A stretch of 62,240 nt of DNA. Origin: a virus (taxonomy: Duplodnaviria; Caudoviricetes). The stretch covers positions 1 to 62,240 of IMG/VR virus record IMGVR_UViG_3300021225_000301. The stretch is one strand, 5' to 3'. Positions 1-8,149 of this stretch are shown here, piece by piece. Both the position numbers and the translations under genes were made by a program. Every line of letters begins with the position of its first letter. Within the stretch, counting starts at the first letter, position 1. The notes beneath the pieces were generated by a model. It saw only the letters and a program-made list of their open reading frames with translations, was not told where the DNA came from and did not search any database.

Positions 1-348
1 CGGCGGGGTGGTGTAGAGAGGGATCGGGTTGTCCCATTCCTGCTGAGCAAGCTCTCGGACAGTGGTCAGGCGCACAGAGCGCGTCTCGTCTTCCTTGGCT
101 GGCATCTCCTGCATCCACGCCACCGGCGCCTGCTCCGGCTGCTTTTTGAACGGATTGCCTAGGTCCAGGTAAAACTGTTCCCAAGGCTCCGGCTGCGCCA
201 GCCGCTCGCGCAGGGCGGTGATGTTCTGGTTTACAAAATGCTCTGGCCTGCTCATCGCTTGCTCATGTGCGCGTTGGTCAAAGCAAGTCGAAACGCAACG
301 CTCCAGCGCCTCCAGCGCCTGCTTAAGAAGGTCGCGGTCGTTGTTCAT
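1..348 (-). CDS. Hypothetical early protein, 5' part; runs off the left window edge
   Basis: Manual translation from ATG at 348: MNNDRDLLKQALEALE...QPEQAPVAW...PLYTTPP. ATGA overlap with the stop of the 345-575 gene. Confidence 0.7.
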   Translation of the reverse strand, partial: MNNDRDLLKQALEALERCVSTCFDQRAHEQAMSRPEHFVNQNITALRERLAQPEPWEQFYLDLGNPFKKQPEQAPVAWMQEMPAKEDETRSVRLTTVRELAQQEWDNPIPLYTTPP

Positions 349-575
349 ACTTGCCTCGCTCTCACAATAGGTTTGATCCGGCAGGAGTGGTGCAGGGTGG
401 ACAGCTTGTCGCTGCTGTCCCTGCGGACGGTGTACTTGTAGCCGCCCAAGGCGCTCGGCCCTGCGCTCACCAGCTTGAATCGCTCCCCGGTACGCATCAG
501 GTAGAAACTCATCCCAACAGGCAGCAGGCGCAGCGTCATCGGTCTGCGATTCAGGGCTTTGTGCAGGTCGGTCAT
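345..575 (-). CDS. Hypothetical protein (MTDLHKALNRR...)
   Basis: Internal ATG of ORF 345..665, preceded by AGGAGAAACGAA. Confidence 0.65.
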   Translation of the reverse strand: MTDLHKALNRRPMTLRLLPVGMSFYLMRTGERFKLVSAGPSALGGYKYTVRRDSSDKLSTLHHSCRIKPIVRARQV

Positions 576-712
576 TTCGTTTCTCCTTTGATGCCCACTC
601 GCCGGGCAATAAGGGCGGCGTCTTTCAACGACCGACCGAGCGCCAGCTTCAACAGGTCTAGCCATGTGAACTCCACGACATCGCAGTCGTGCATGCTGGG
701 TGTCCAGTTCAT
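572..712 (-). CDS. Small hypothetical protein, 46 aa, ending KGETK
   Basis: Below the ORF-track cutoff; GAGGAGAAACGAAATG start and ATGA coupling at both ends. Confidence 0.6.
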   Translation of the reverse strand: MNWTPSMHDCDVVEFTWLDLLKLALGRSLKDAALIARRVGIKGETK

Positions 713-942
713 TTCGTTTCTCCTCTTGCGCGGATCAACTCCGCACAGTCCTCGGCAGCGCCCGCGCTAATGTTGCTGTCGTGTAGTGCGTGGTCAGCGG
801 CGATGTTTTCACACACCTGCGCACACATCTCTCGTTCATGCGCGGCGACAAGGGCGGCGAAAATTTCGTAGTTGTAAGGTAGTTCGGCACCCCACACAAT
901 TCCGGCCTCCCGCGCCATTGCAATGATGTCGTCGCGGGTCAT
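709..942 (-). CDS. Hypothetical phage protein (MTRDDIIAMAREAG...ERE.CA..C...CAELIRARG)
   Basis: Common phage early-gene sequence pattern; ATGA coupling. Confidence 0.75.
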   Translation of the reverse strand: MTRDDIIAMAREAGIVWGAELPYNYEIFAALVAAHEREMCAQVCENIAADHALHDSNISAGAAEDCAELIRARGETK

Positions 943-1157
943 TCCAGTCCTCCAAACATCGTCCACTGCTTCGCCTTCTCTGCCATGAATAGCCCCTCGG
1001 CCCGGGTCATCTTGGATGAGCGGACAAACAACTCGCCGTCCTCGTCGTAGCCCAGCACCATCACGTCGGTAAGGTTGGCCTTGAGTGCCGAGTGCAGCGC
1101 CTGCTCTGCGGTGTAGTTCACGCTGGCGGGGAGTTCGATTACTTTTTGATTGTTCAC
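939..1157 (-). CDS. Hypothetical protein
   Basis: ORF 939..1208 with probable GTG start at 1157. Confidence 0.6.
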   Translation of the reverse strand: MNNQKVIELPASVNYTAEQALHSALKANLTDVMVLGYDEDGELFVRSSKMTRAEGLFMAEKAKQWTMFGGLE

Positions 1158-1158
1158 C

Positions 1159-1296
1159 TTAGTATCCCCAACGAATGCGGAAGCACACCAGATACAGGTG
1201 AAGCACAAATTCGCTGCCGCTACTAATGAACCCTACAGCGAAGCAGGGCCACTTGCGCGGCAAGAACTCGGTAGTCAGGTGTAGGCTCTTTTTCAT
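1159..1296 (-). CDS. Small hypothetical protein, 45 aa
   Basis: GAGGAGAAACGAAATG start; fills the gap between neighbours. Confidence 0.55.
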   Translation of the reverse strand: MKKSLHLTTEFLPRKWPCFAVGFISSGSEFVLHLYLVCFRIRWGY

Positions 1297-1625
1297 TTCG
1301 TTTCTCCTCTAAGCTGCGCTTGCTGGTCATCGAACGCTTCCTTCCATACCGCGTACTTCTCTTGGCACTTGGCGCAGTCGCACTCCCACGCAAATTCATC
1401 GGGGTCAGCGATGCCACCCTCCATCTTGATCGTGGCCCGGCCAAAGTTGTTGAAGTCCTGTTCGTTCATTTCTTCTCCCCCGCCGGGCAATCTCTGCCTG
1501 CGGCCCAGCCATGTCTTCTCTTCTGGCGCATCTTTGGGCAGCGCCGTATCGAGCCACTCATGGGCCAGATGCATGAGCACGCAGCCCACGATAAGGCCGA
1601 GAACGAACCCAAGTACAAAGCTCAT
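1293..1625 (-). CDS. Hypothetical protein with N-terminal TM helix and C-terminal CxCxxC; possible internal start at 1469
   Basis: AGGAGAAACGAAATG at 1625; second in-frame RBS and ATG at 1469. Confidence 0.55.
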   Translation of the reverse strand: MSFVLGFVLGLIVGCVLMHLAHEWLDTALPKDAPEEKTWLGRRQRLPGGGEEMNEQDFNNFGRATIKMEGGIADPDEFAWECDCAKCQEKYAVWKEAFDDQQAQLRGETK

Positions 1626-2395
1626 TTCGTTTCTCCTGCTAGTTGGTAGTCGTGGAACACGGTGCCCCGGCTCGGGTCGCCTCGCTTGTGCGCTCGTACC
1701 CAGTAGCGCTTGCCTGACTTCCTGCGCACAGCCCAATGCCCTCGCACCTCGTGCTCCCTGCACTTCTCCCGTTCCTTGTGCGATCCGACTGCGTCCCGTA
1801 CTCGCTTGACCTCGTTGGGGTCGATCACGATGGTCTTCCACTCGTACAGCGGCACCTTCCCCTTGCGCCTGCGCTTCTCGTTGGCGGGGTTGCGTGGGCA
1901 AGCGTAAGACTCAGCGACGGCGGGCTTCACCACAGTTGCGGCGTACAGAAAGGCGATGTATCTGGCGGCGTTTCTTGCTATCCGGTTCGATACCGCTTCT
2001 TTACTCCCCGATTGTTTGATCAGGTCTTTCATAACCTGCGGCTCAACTTCGGCGGAGACGCTCAGTTCGTTGGTGATGGTTGGATGGTTTGTCAATCGCG
2101 CATCAAACGCGGACACCGTGCCGTCTGACCAAAGGGAAACAAGCATAGTGCTACCTTGTCGCTCGATGGTCACTGCGCACTCTGTGCCACCGCCGTACTC
2201 TTGGGGAGGAAGCATCGCCACCTTCTCGAACATCATCGGCATCTCTTCTATTTGGAAAGAAGCCAAATCGCTCAGGTGCTGCGTCATCTCCGCGTCGGGG
2301 AAGTCCTTGTCTGTCACGCCCGTGAGGTCTACCCATGTGTAGTCTGCCGCATCAAACGCAACAAACGAAGCCGCCTTTGCAACTCTGGGGTTCAC
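1622..2395 (-). CDS. Conserved phage protein of unknown function with C-terminal HxVRGHW...WVRAHKRGD motif
   Basis: 257-aa ORF; GTG start with GGAGGG RBS. Confidence 0.75.
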   Translation of the reverse strand: MNPRVAKAASFVAFDAADYTWVDLTGVTDKDFPDAEMTQHLSDLASFQIEEMPMMFEKVAMLPPQEYGGGTECAVTIERQGSTMLVSLWSDGTVSAFDARLTNHPTITNELSVSAEVEPQVMKDLIKQSGSKEAVSNRIARNAARYIAFLYAATVVKPAVAESYACPRNPANEKRRRKGKVPLYEWKTIVIDPNEVKRVRDAVGSHKEREKCREHEVRGHWAVRRKSGKRYWVRAHKRGDPSRGTVFHDYQLAGETK

Positions 2396-2595
2396 TTCAC
2401 CCTCCGCATCTCACGCGGCTCCCAGTGCGTGTCGGGTACGTACTCTTTCTCCGGGGGCGGCGGGGTCATCGTGGCACTCGGCGGAACCCAGCCAAAGCGT
2501 CGCCACGTGGCCTGCACATCTGCGCCTCGGGTGGGGACGAAACGCGGGTCGGTTGTTCTCAGGGTTGGTTCTACTCGGGTTTGTTCACGCTTCAT
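2392..2595 (-). CDS. Hypothetical protein (DVQATWRRFGWVPPS motif)
   Basis: GAGGAGAAAGCAAATG start inside ORF 2392..2892. Confidence 0.65.
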   Translation of the reverse strand: MKREQTRVEPTLRTTDPRFVPTRGADVQATWRRFGWVPPSATMTPPPPEKEYVPDTHWEPREMRRVK

Positions 2596-2911
2596 TTGCT
2601 TTCTCCTCGCTTGCTTTGAGTACACGCTGGTTGCGGCCTGACCTGCCGGGTCGGCGCAGGCCCGTGTCGATGATGAAGCCCTTGTCCAGCAGCGCCCGGT
2701 AGCGGGCCGTGACGGAGCTGTATGGGTAGCCCGGGAACAGCCCGCGCACCTCATCACTGATGCACCCGTTGGGGAACCGCTTGATGGCCTCGTACACAAG
2801 GCCCTCCATCCGCGTCGTGTCGATAGCCTCGGCGGCCTCGTGGCTGGTGTCAGGCGCGTCAGCGCGCACCAGATACTTGGGGTCAGTCCCAAAAGATCCG
2901 AAGGAGTTCAT
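2585..2911 (-). CDS. Winged helix-turn-helix DNA-binding protein
   Basis: R..APDTSHEAA, SSVTARYRALLDKGFI...RPGRSGRNQRV pattern typical of phage wHTH proteins. Confidence 0.7.
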   Translation of the reverse strand: MNSFGSFGTDPKYLVRADAPDTSHEAAEAIDTTRMEGLVYEAIKRFPNGCISDEVRGLFPGYPYSSVTARYRALLDKGFIIDTGLRRPGRSGRNQRVLKASEEKANEA

Positions 2912-3552
2912 CAGCGGTCTCCCCCGAACAGCTTGCGCAGTTCATCGTAAAGCTCGCGTGCCTGCAGTAGCGACATGTCGCGCAGCAAAGCCTGCGTTGA
3001 GGGAATTCCCGGGGGAATTCCCATGGGCACGGCGGCAGGAACAACAGAAGAAGACACTGGTCGCTTCTTCTCAAAAGGAAGGCCCGTCTTCTTCGACACG
3101 AACACCACCTTCTTCCTCTCCTCTCGCTTGGCCTTGGCTGCTGCGCGCTTGGCGGCCTGCTCCTCCAGCCTCTTCATGCGCGCGAGCGTGCGGTGCCCTT
3201 TGATCGGGACGTACTCGGGCGTGGTCGTGTGCAGCAACCCCTCGTCATCGGCCTGCAGCAACCCCTGCCGCAGCATCTGCCCGATCACCGCAGAGACAGA
3301 CCCCATCTTGAACCCTTGGCTGACCATGGCGCTTGTGATGTCAGCGCGGGAACCGGGAGAGTTCTTGATGTGTGCGAACAGCGTTCGGTTGAGGTTGTTG
3401 GTGATTGCGAAGTGGTGCTTGGGTATGGGTTCAGGTTCGGGTGCGGGTGCGGGTGCGGGCTGCACCTCCTGCGCCTTAGGTTTTTCCATGGCATCTCGCA
3501 GGTCAGCCATCATCAGCTTCGCACGCAGCATCTCACCTAGCGTCATCGTCAT
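2911..3552 (-). CDS. Putative winged-HTH DNA-binding protein with basic C-terminus
   Basis: Central LFAHIKNSPG...GSVSAVIGQMLRQGLL; start after GGAGAAGCAA. Confidence 0.6.
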   Translation of the reverse strand: MTMTLGEMLRAKLMMADLRDAMEKPKAQEVQPAPAPAPEPEPIPKHHFAITNNLNRTLFAHIKNSPGSRADITSAMVSQGFKMGSVSAVIGQMLRQGLLQADDEGLLHTTTPEYVPIKGHRTLARMKRLEEQAAKRAAAKAKREERKKVVFVSKKTGLPFEKKRPVSSSVVPAAVPMGIPPGIPSTQALLRDMSLLQARELYDELRKLFGGDR

Positions 3553-3588
3553 TTGCTTCTCCAAAGAGTTAATAAAACGGGAACGGAA

Positions 3589-3618
3589 ACAATACCATAA
3601 GCCCTAGAGCTTATGCAA
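3589..3618 (-). promoter_or_regulatory. Sigma70-like promoter with a palindrome in the spacer
   Basis: TTGCAT-18 nt-TATTGT with extended TG; inverted repeat CATAAGC-N6-GCTTATG at 3596-3615. Confidence 0.55.
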
Positions 3619-4327
3619 CGGGATAGTCCACCACAAAACCAGAGGTATCGCGCTTGGCCTTGCCCTTGGCGTAGAGCGCAACGACGACACCGTGTGGGTC
3701 TTCGTGACGCAAGTCCGAGTCGTCCCCGTCCACACAGGTAGTACCGAGGAACTCAGAGGGGATGTCCTGCCTACGCCTAAACACTACCGCAATCCGGTAC
3801 CCGTTATCGATAGCCTTGCGCACGTAGGGCTGGAACTCGACCACTCCTGAGTAGGAGAAGGTCAGGTCGTAGTTGGGGATGTGGGCGGTGTCGCGGTTGG
3901 GCAGCTTGGTGTAGTCGTAGAACTGCAGGTCGGGGAACATCTCGAAGATGTTGTTGTAGTAGATGCCCTCGTAGTCAAAGCTTGCGATCTCCCACTTGAT
4001 GTCCGAGGTGCCATTGAGTCGGCACACGGGCGTAAGCCCTGCGGCGTGCGCTTTACGCACGAGGCTTTTTATGGATGGGATCAACTCCGCGAAGAAGGCG
4101 GGGCGGTCTTCAAAGAACAGCCGGGTCTTGCGTACCCGTGCTGCTTGTATGTTGCTGAAGGCTCCCCGTCCTGCCGTGTTCAGGCACGGCTCGTGGCACT
4201 GGGCGATCTCTGCCATAGCGCACACTTGGTAGCCGGACAGGTTGTAGGGTGCGAGGTAGAGCACCCCGGTCATGTACCCGTACTGCTGACCCTTGATGGT
4301 CTTGGCGTTGGTGTCGATGCTTAGCAT
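3611..4327 (-). CDS. Gp88-like phage protein with three-Cys cluster, possibly Fe-S binding
   Basis: CAMAEIAQCHEPC (Cx7Cx3C), RLNGTSDI, FYDYTK, DGDDSDLR motifs. Confidence 0.7.
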   Translation of the reverse strand: MLSIDTNAKTIKGQQYGYMTGVLYLAPYNLSGYQVCAMAEIAQCHEPCLNTAGRGAFSNIQAARVRKTRLFFEDRPAFFAELIPSIKSLVRKAHAAGLTPVCRLNGTSDIKWEIASFDYEGIYYNNIFEMFPDLQFYDYTKLPNRDTAHIPNYDLTFSYSGVVEFQPYVRKAIDNGYRIAVVFRRRQDIPSEFLGTTCVDGDDSDLRHEDPHGVVVALYAKGKAKRDTSGFVVDYPVA

Positions 4328-4328
4328 T

Positions 4329-4511
4329 TCATTCTCCTTTGGTTTTGGTTTCTTCGATGGACTCGATGAGCCACGATGCGTCCTCGTTGCTGTAGTCACC
4401 TGTCTCGATCTCCTCCCACGCCAACTCTTCAGCGTGGGCTTCGTTCAAGGCTTCCACCCAGATGGTGATGTAGCTCTCGCGTTTGAGTTCAACTTCATAG
4501 GTCTTCTTCAT
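4329..4511 (-). CDS. Small acidic protein (DpnD/PcfM-like pattern)
   Basis: MKKTYEVEL...VEALNEAHAEELA; AGGAGAAAGCAAATG start. Confidence 0.65.
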   Translation of the reverse strand: MKKTYEVELKRESYITIWVEALNEAHAEELAWEEIETGDYSNEDASWLIESIEETKTKGE

Positions 4512-4807
4512 TTGCTTTCTCCTGTTGCTTTGTCGATTGCTGTGCGTGCGATATCTATCCAGTCCCACCACTCCTGCTCTGTTGCTCCGTGATGCTGGGG
4601 TAGTTTCAGTAGTGCGTTGAGCAGGTCAGGCGCTGCCGCGAGCAGTCGTGCGTTGGCTTGCTGCTCCATGGGCGGGATGGTCATCCGCGTCGGGATGTTG
4701 GCGATGGTCGTTGAATGCACGCCTCGCTTGCGTGCGGTGATGCTGAACGGGTTGGTCTTCCACATGTTGTTCTTGTTCAGAATCCATTCTTCTTTCGTGT
4801 AGCTCAT
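4508..4807 (-). CDS. Hypothetical phage protein (ANARLLAAAPDLL family)
   Basis: Widespread phage motif; ends ATGESK with ATGA coupling. Confidence 0.75.
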   Translation of the reverse strand: MSYTKEEWILNKNNMWKTNPFSITARKRGVHSTTIANIPTRMTIPPMEQQANARLLAAAPDLLNALLKLPQHHGATEQEWWDWIDIARTAIDKATGESK

Positions 4808-4953
4808 TTGCTTTCTCCTTGGGTTTGAAAGTACTCCATCACTTCCTCGTCGCGGGCATAGTCAACGAGGTCTTCGGCGTAGTCGCTGATGCGATCTTCT
4901 GCCTCCTCCCATGTGTACCCATCTTCGATGAGTCTGCGTCTGGTTGGTTGCAT
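4804..4953 (-). CDS. Small acidic protein, 49 aa, ending QGESK
   Basis: Manual translation; coupled to both neighbours. Confidence 0.55.
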   Translation of the reverse strand: MQPTRRRLIEDGYTWEEAEDRISDYAEDLVDYARDEEVMEYFQTQGESK

Positions 4954-5045
4954 CACGGCCTCCACACAAGTACATCGAGCAGCACGACGATGGCTGCGAT
5001 CAGGAACACTACGCGTTCCACTTTCTCTACGGGTGTCAGGTTCAT
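4953..5045 (-). CDS. Small single-TM protein, 30 aa
   Basis: MNLTPVEKVERVVFLIAAIVVLLDVLVWRP; AGGAGAAGCAAATG start. Confidence 0.55.
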   Translation of the reverse strand: MNLTPVEKVERVVFLIAAIVVLLDVLVWRP

Positions 5046-5085
5046 TTGCTTCTCCTAGTTGTGGGGGCCGAAGCCCCCGGGTTTC

Positions 5086-5502
5086 TTAGATGTCGATGCT
5101 CACGCTGGCGTGGCGCATGATCTCGCGCACCTTGTCCTCGAAGTCGATCTCGTCGATGGCATCAGTAACCGCATCGCTCACCTTCTCCTCGACCCGGTCA
5201 TCGAACCGGTCGTACTCGTCGTGGTCGTAGAGGTGGTTGTGATCGTTCATCGCTTGCTCTGCTACCTCCTCGGCAATCTCCTTGATGAAGTCTGCGTTTG
5301 TGCTCTGCAGATTGTTAACCTTTACCTCCAACTCAGCGATGCGCTGGTGAAGGTGTTGTGTTGCTTGTTGGATTGCTTGCGCCAGCGCAGCGTTGAAGGT
5401 GGCGGTGAAGTCGAAGATGGGGTTAGTTGCTTGCATGGTTGCTTCGTTGGTTGATTGGGTTCCGGTTTGCATGGTGCTGTCTGCGTTGATGATGTTTTCC
5501 AT
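5086..5502 (-). CDS. Acidic coiled-coil hypothetical protein
   Basis: ORF 5086..5631 with probable start at 5502; D/E-rich C-terminus. Confidence 0.65.
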   Translation of the reverse strand: MENIINADSTMQTGTQSTNEATMQATNPIFDFTATFNAALAQAIQQATQHLHQRIAELEVKVNNLQSTNADFIKEIAEEVAEQAMNDHNHLYDHDEYDRFDDRVEEKVSDAVTDAIDEIDFEDKVREIMRHASVSIDI

Positions 5503-5555
5503 GGTTTGCTTTCGTAGGTTGCTTGAACTGGGACTGAAGCGCAGTCCCCACGCTG

Positions 5556-5571
5556 GGGGAGAAACCTCCCC
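5556..5571. repeat. GGGGAG-AAAC-CTCCCC palindrome, copy 1 of 5
   Basis: Exact 16-mer just downstream of the DUF932 stop. Confidence 0.9.
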
Positions 5572-5576
5572 GATCC

Positions 5577-6548
5577 TTACGCTGTCACCAGCGCCAGAGC
5601 TTTCTGCTTGAGCGCATCGCCCGGCCCCCACAGGGCAGAGGCTTGGCGGTTCTCATCGCTGCGGGCACGGACATGGTGGTCGGCGTACTCAGTCACGGCA
5701 TTCAAAAATCCCCACGCAGTCTGATAAGAAGATTCCAGATTGCTGCCCTTACCCTCGCCGTTGAAGAGCGCCATGATCTTGGAGAATGCGGCGGACTCGC
5801 GTGCCACCTCCTCGCTCGACTTCATCAGGAGCTTCACAGTCATCGCCTCGGCGATGTCCTGCTCCATCTTGATGTTCGCCAAGCTGCGCGCTGCTTGCAT
5901 GAATGCGGAGAACTCTTCGTTCGCTGCCTCGACTGCGTCGCGTGCATCATCCGGGTTGAACACCGAGCGATGCGACACCTTGAACGCCGCCTTACCCTTG
6001 AGCGCAATGCTCAGCGTGTTGTTGCACACAGTACGCACAGTAGTCCAGCGGCATTCCGTGGCAAGGGAACCGTCGGCAGACGTAGAGAGCAAGGCGTAGG
6101 GCACGATGCGGTCACGCCCACCATCGACAGAGACCGCGTCCCCGAGCTTGGCGGTTGCGAAGTAGCGCTTGCCACCGAACAGCACACCTGCGGACTCGAT
6201 GGTCACGCCGCCCTTGTCCGCCCACTCACGGAAGAACTCCAAGACTTCGGCGGGTTGAACAACTTTATAACTATCGCTGACGACTCCCAGCGCTGCGCCC
6301 GTGTCGTTGCGGAACAGCACGACCTTGTCGTCGAGCTTCTTGAGGTTGCCGATGGCATCCGTTGCTTCATTGAAGCGCTCCGTTGCGTAGCGCACCAGCC
6401 CTCGCTGGATCTTGTAGTCCATGCCGGCAGCAGCTTGCCACTGCTCGACAGTCTGCCCGACGGGCATCAGTTGTCCGAGGCCGTGCCACTCACGCTGGGT
6501 GGATGCGTATTGAGCGACGCCGTTAACGATAGAAATTTGATGAGCCAT
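5577..6548 (-). CDS. DUF932 family phage/plasmid protein
   Basis: WHGLG, LGVVSDSYKVVQPAEV, TTVRTVCNNTL, TAWGFLNAVTEYADH motifs. Confidence 0.9.
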   Translation of the reverse strand: MAHQISIVNGVAQYASTQREWHGLGQLMPVGQTVEQWQAAAGMDYKIQRGLVRYATERFNEATDAIGNLKKLDDKVVLFRNDTGAALGVVSDSYKVVQPAEVLEFFREWADKGGVTIESAGVLFGGKRYFATAKLGDAVSVDGGRDRIVPYALLSTSADGSLATECRWTTVRTVCNNTLSIALKGKAAFKVSHRSVFNPDDARDAVEAANEEFSAFMQAARSLANIKMEQDIAEAMTVKLLMKSSEEVARESAAFSKIMALFNGEGKGSNLESSYQTAWGFLNAVTEYADHHVRARSDENRQASALWGPGDALKQKALALVTA

Positions 6549-6609
6549 GATTTACTTCCTTAGGTTGCTTGAATAAACACACTGCCGGTGAACCGCACCG
6601 GCGACGGCT

Positions 6610-6625
6610 GGGGAGAAACCTCCCC
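6610..6625. repeat. GGGGAG-AAAC-CTCCCC palindrome, copy 2
   Basis: Exact 16-mer downstream of the stop at 6629. Confidence 0.9.
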
Positions 6626-6628
6626 GAA

Positions 6629-7153
6629 TCAATCACACACGATGAAGCGTTCCTCACGCTTCACAACTTCCTCGCGTTCTTTGACCACGATTCTGCATGT
6701 GTCGCTGTCTTCCTTGACGTAGGCGTAGATGCCAACATTAATATTAAAACTACCGGGTACGTAGTGGGATTCCTTCATCAGTTTCTTGTACGCGATGGAT
6801 CGCGTGTCGTGATCCCATGTGAAGTCGCGGTCGAAGTTGTAGTCCCGATTGGGTTGCGTGCCGCTGGTGTAGTCCACAGTGTTGCCCTTCCAGTCGGCGA
6901 ACTTCTCCAGCACCGAGACCAAGCGCTTATCCCTGAACGAGTCGAGGTTGCGCAGGAAGAGGCTGATGTACACACAGTCCGATGAGCCAGCCAGCGACAG
7001 CCTAGCGTCGGCACGTGCCGCGACGGGCAGGGAGTTGAACACCCGAGCCACGACAGGTTGGCGCAGCAGGGTGACCCGCAGGACTGAGCGTGCTGCCTCG
7101 ATAGCAGCGCCACGAGTGGCGATCTTCGCCTTGGTTTTGAATGCGTCTTTCAT
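6629..7153 (-). CDS. Hypothetical early protein
   Basis: AGGAGAAAGCAAATG start at 7153. Confidence 0.7.
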   Translation of the reverse strand: MKDAFKTKAKIATRGAAIEAARSVLRVTLLRQPVVARVFNSLPVAARADARLSLAGSSDCVYISLFLRNLDSFRDKRLVSVLEKFADWKGNTVDYTSGTQPNRDYNFDRDFTWDHDTRSIAYKKLMKESHYVPGSFNINVGIYAYVKEDSDTCRIVVKEREEVVKREERFIVCD

Positions 7154-7200
7154 TTGCTTTCTCCTTGCTTGCATAGCCGGGAACCGCCCGGCGTCGGTCG

Positions 7201-7216
7201 GGGGAGGTTTCTCCCC
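7201..7216. repeat. Palindrome copy 3, inverted (GGGGAGGTTTCTCCCC)
   Basis: Exact reverse complement of the 16-mer, downstream of the stop at 7225. Confidence 0.9.
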
Positions 7217-7224
7217 CAGATTTG

Positions 7225-8148
7225 TTAGTCTTCACTGACTTCTTTCTTCTTCACCTCTGTGCTCCACAGGCTGGGCACTCGTCGCGATGGGCTGGACGTT
7301 ACCGCCTGATCATGCAAGTCGGCTAGCTCTAGCTGCTCCTCCTTCGTGAGCAGCATCCCCCAAGTATCGGGAAGGGGCGCGGTGTCGCCGAGCTTGTCCT
7401 CCAGTCGGCGCTTGGCTGCAGCCAGCAGCACCCTCTTCGATTCGTAGAACTGACGCAAGTAGTCCGTCGCAAACTGGTACTCGTGGTACGTGCCGTCCGG
7501 GTCTTTGATCTCCGTCTTCGCGTTGGCAAAGGCTGCACGCACCCTCGATGTGTGAGCGTCTAGCTGGTTGGCGAGCTTCTGATACTGACTCACACGTTTA
7601 GCTAGCGCAGGATTGGCACGCAGCTCCACCTCCGAGAACTTGTCCTTCACGCCCCGGCGGGCCTGCTTGCGCGCCGTCTTTTGCTGGTTGGCCTTGCGGC
7701 ACGGGGTGCACAGGTGCGACAGGACTTTCTGCGTAGTGTCCTCGCTCCATCCGTAGCGGCGTGCCTTGGCGGGTGAGGGGTCAGCTTTGAAGTCGTCCTT
7801 GGGTTTGATCTCCCGGCATTTGCGGCAGCAGCGCATCCCTTCAGGCAAGTCCCACACCTTGGGCATGGGCGGGGCATTCGCCCGCACCTTCTTCATGTCC
7901 AGCGCAAACCACTCGTGCTCTTGGGCCGCTGCAATCAGGAGCTGCTTGAGCTTGCTGGTGGGGATGGTGTCGGGATCGTGTTCGTGCTGGATGAGTTCAA
8001 GAGCTTGGCGAACTGCGATGTACGCTGCCTTGCGCTGGTCGCTGCCCTTCTGACGCAGGCTAGTCATGACGATCTCGTAGGCCACGCTCATGGGCAGACG
8101 AGGCTTCTCTTCCCAAGAAAAGGTGCGGGTTTCAGGGTAGGTTTTCAT
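7225..8148 (-). CDS. Zn-finger-containing hypothetical protein
   Basis: CRKC...KPKDDF...CTPC; lies directly beside the candidate origin. Confidence 0.7.
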   Translation of the reverse strand: MKTYPETRTFSWEEKPRLPMSVAYEIVMTSLRQKGSDQRKAAYIAVRQALELIQHEHDPDTIPTSKLKQLLIAAAQEHEWFALDMKKVRANAPPMPKVWDLPEGMRCCRKCREIKPKDDFKADPSPAKARRYGWSEDTTQKVLSHLCTPCRKANQQKTARKQARRGVKDKFSEVELRANPALAKRVSQYQKLANQLDAHTSRVRAAFANAKTEIKDPDGTYHEYQFATDYLRQFYESKRVLLAAAKRRLEDKLGDTAPLPDTWGMLLTKEEQLELADLHDQAVTSSPSRRVPSLWSTEVKKKEVSED

Positions 8149-8149
8149 C

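Noticed and set aside
3001-3021. GGGAATTCCC palindrome repeated twice
   Set aside because: Lies in coding sequence (GIPPGIP); no other copies noticed.
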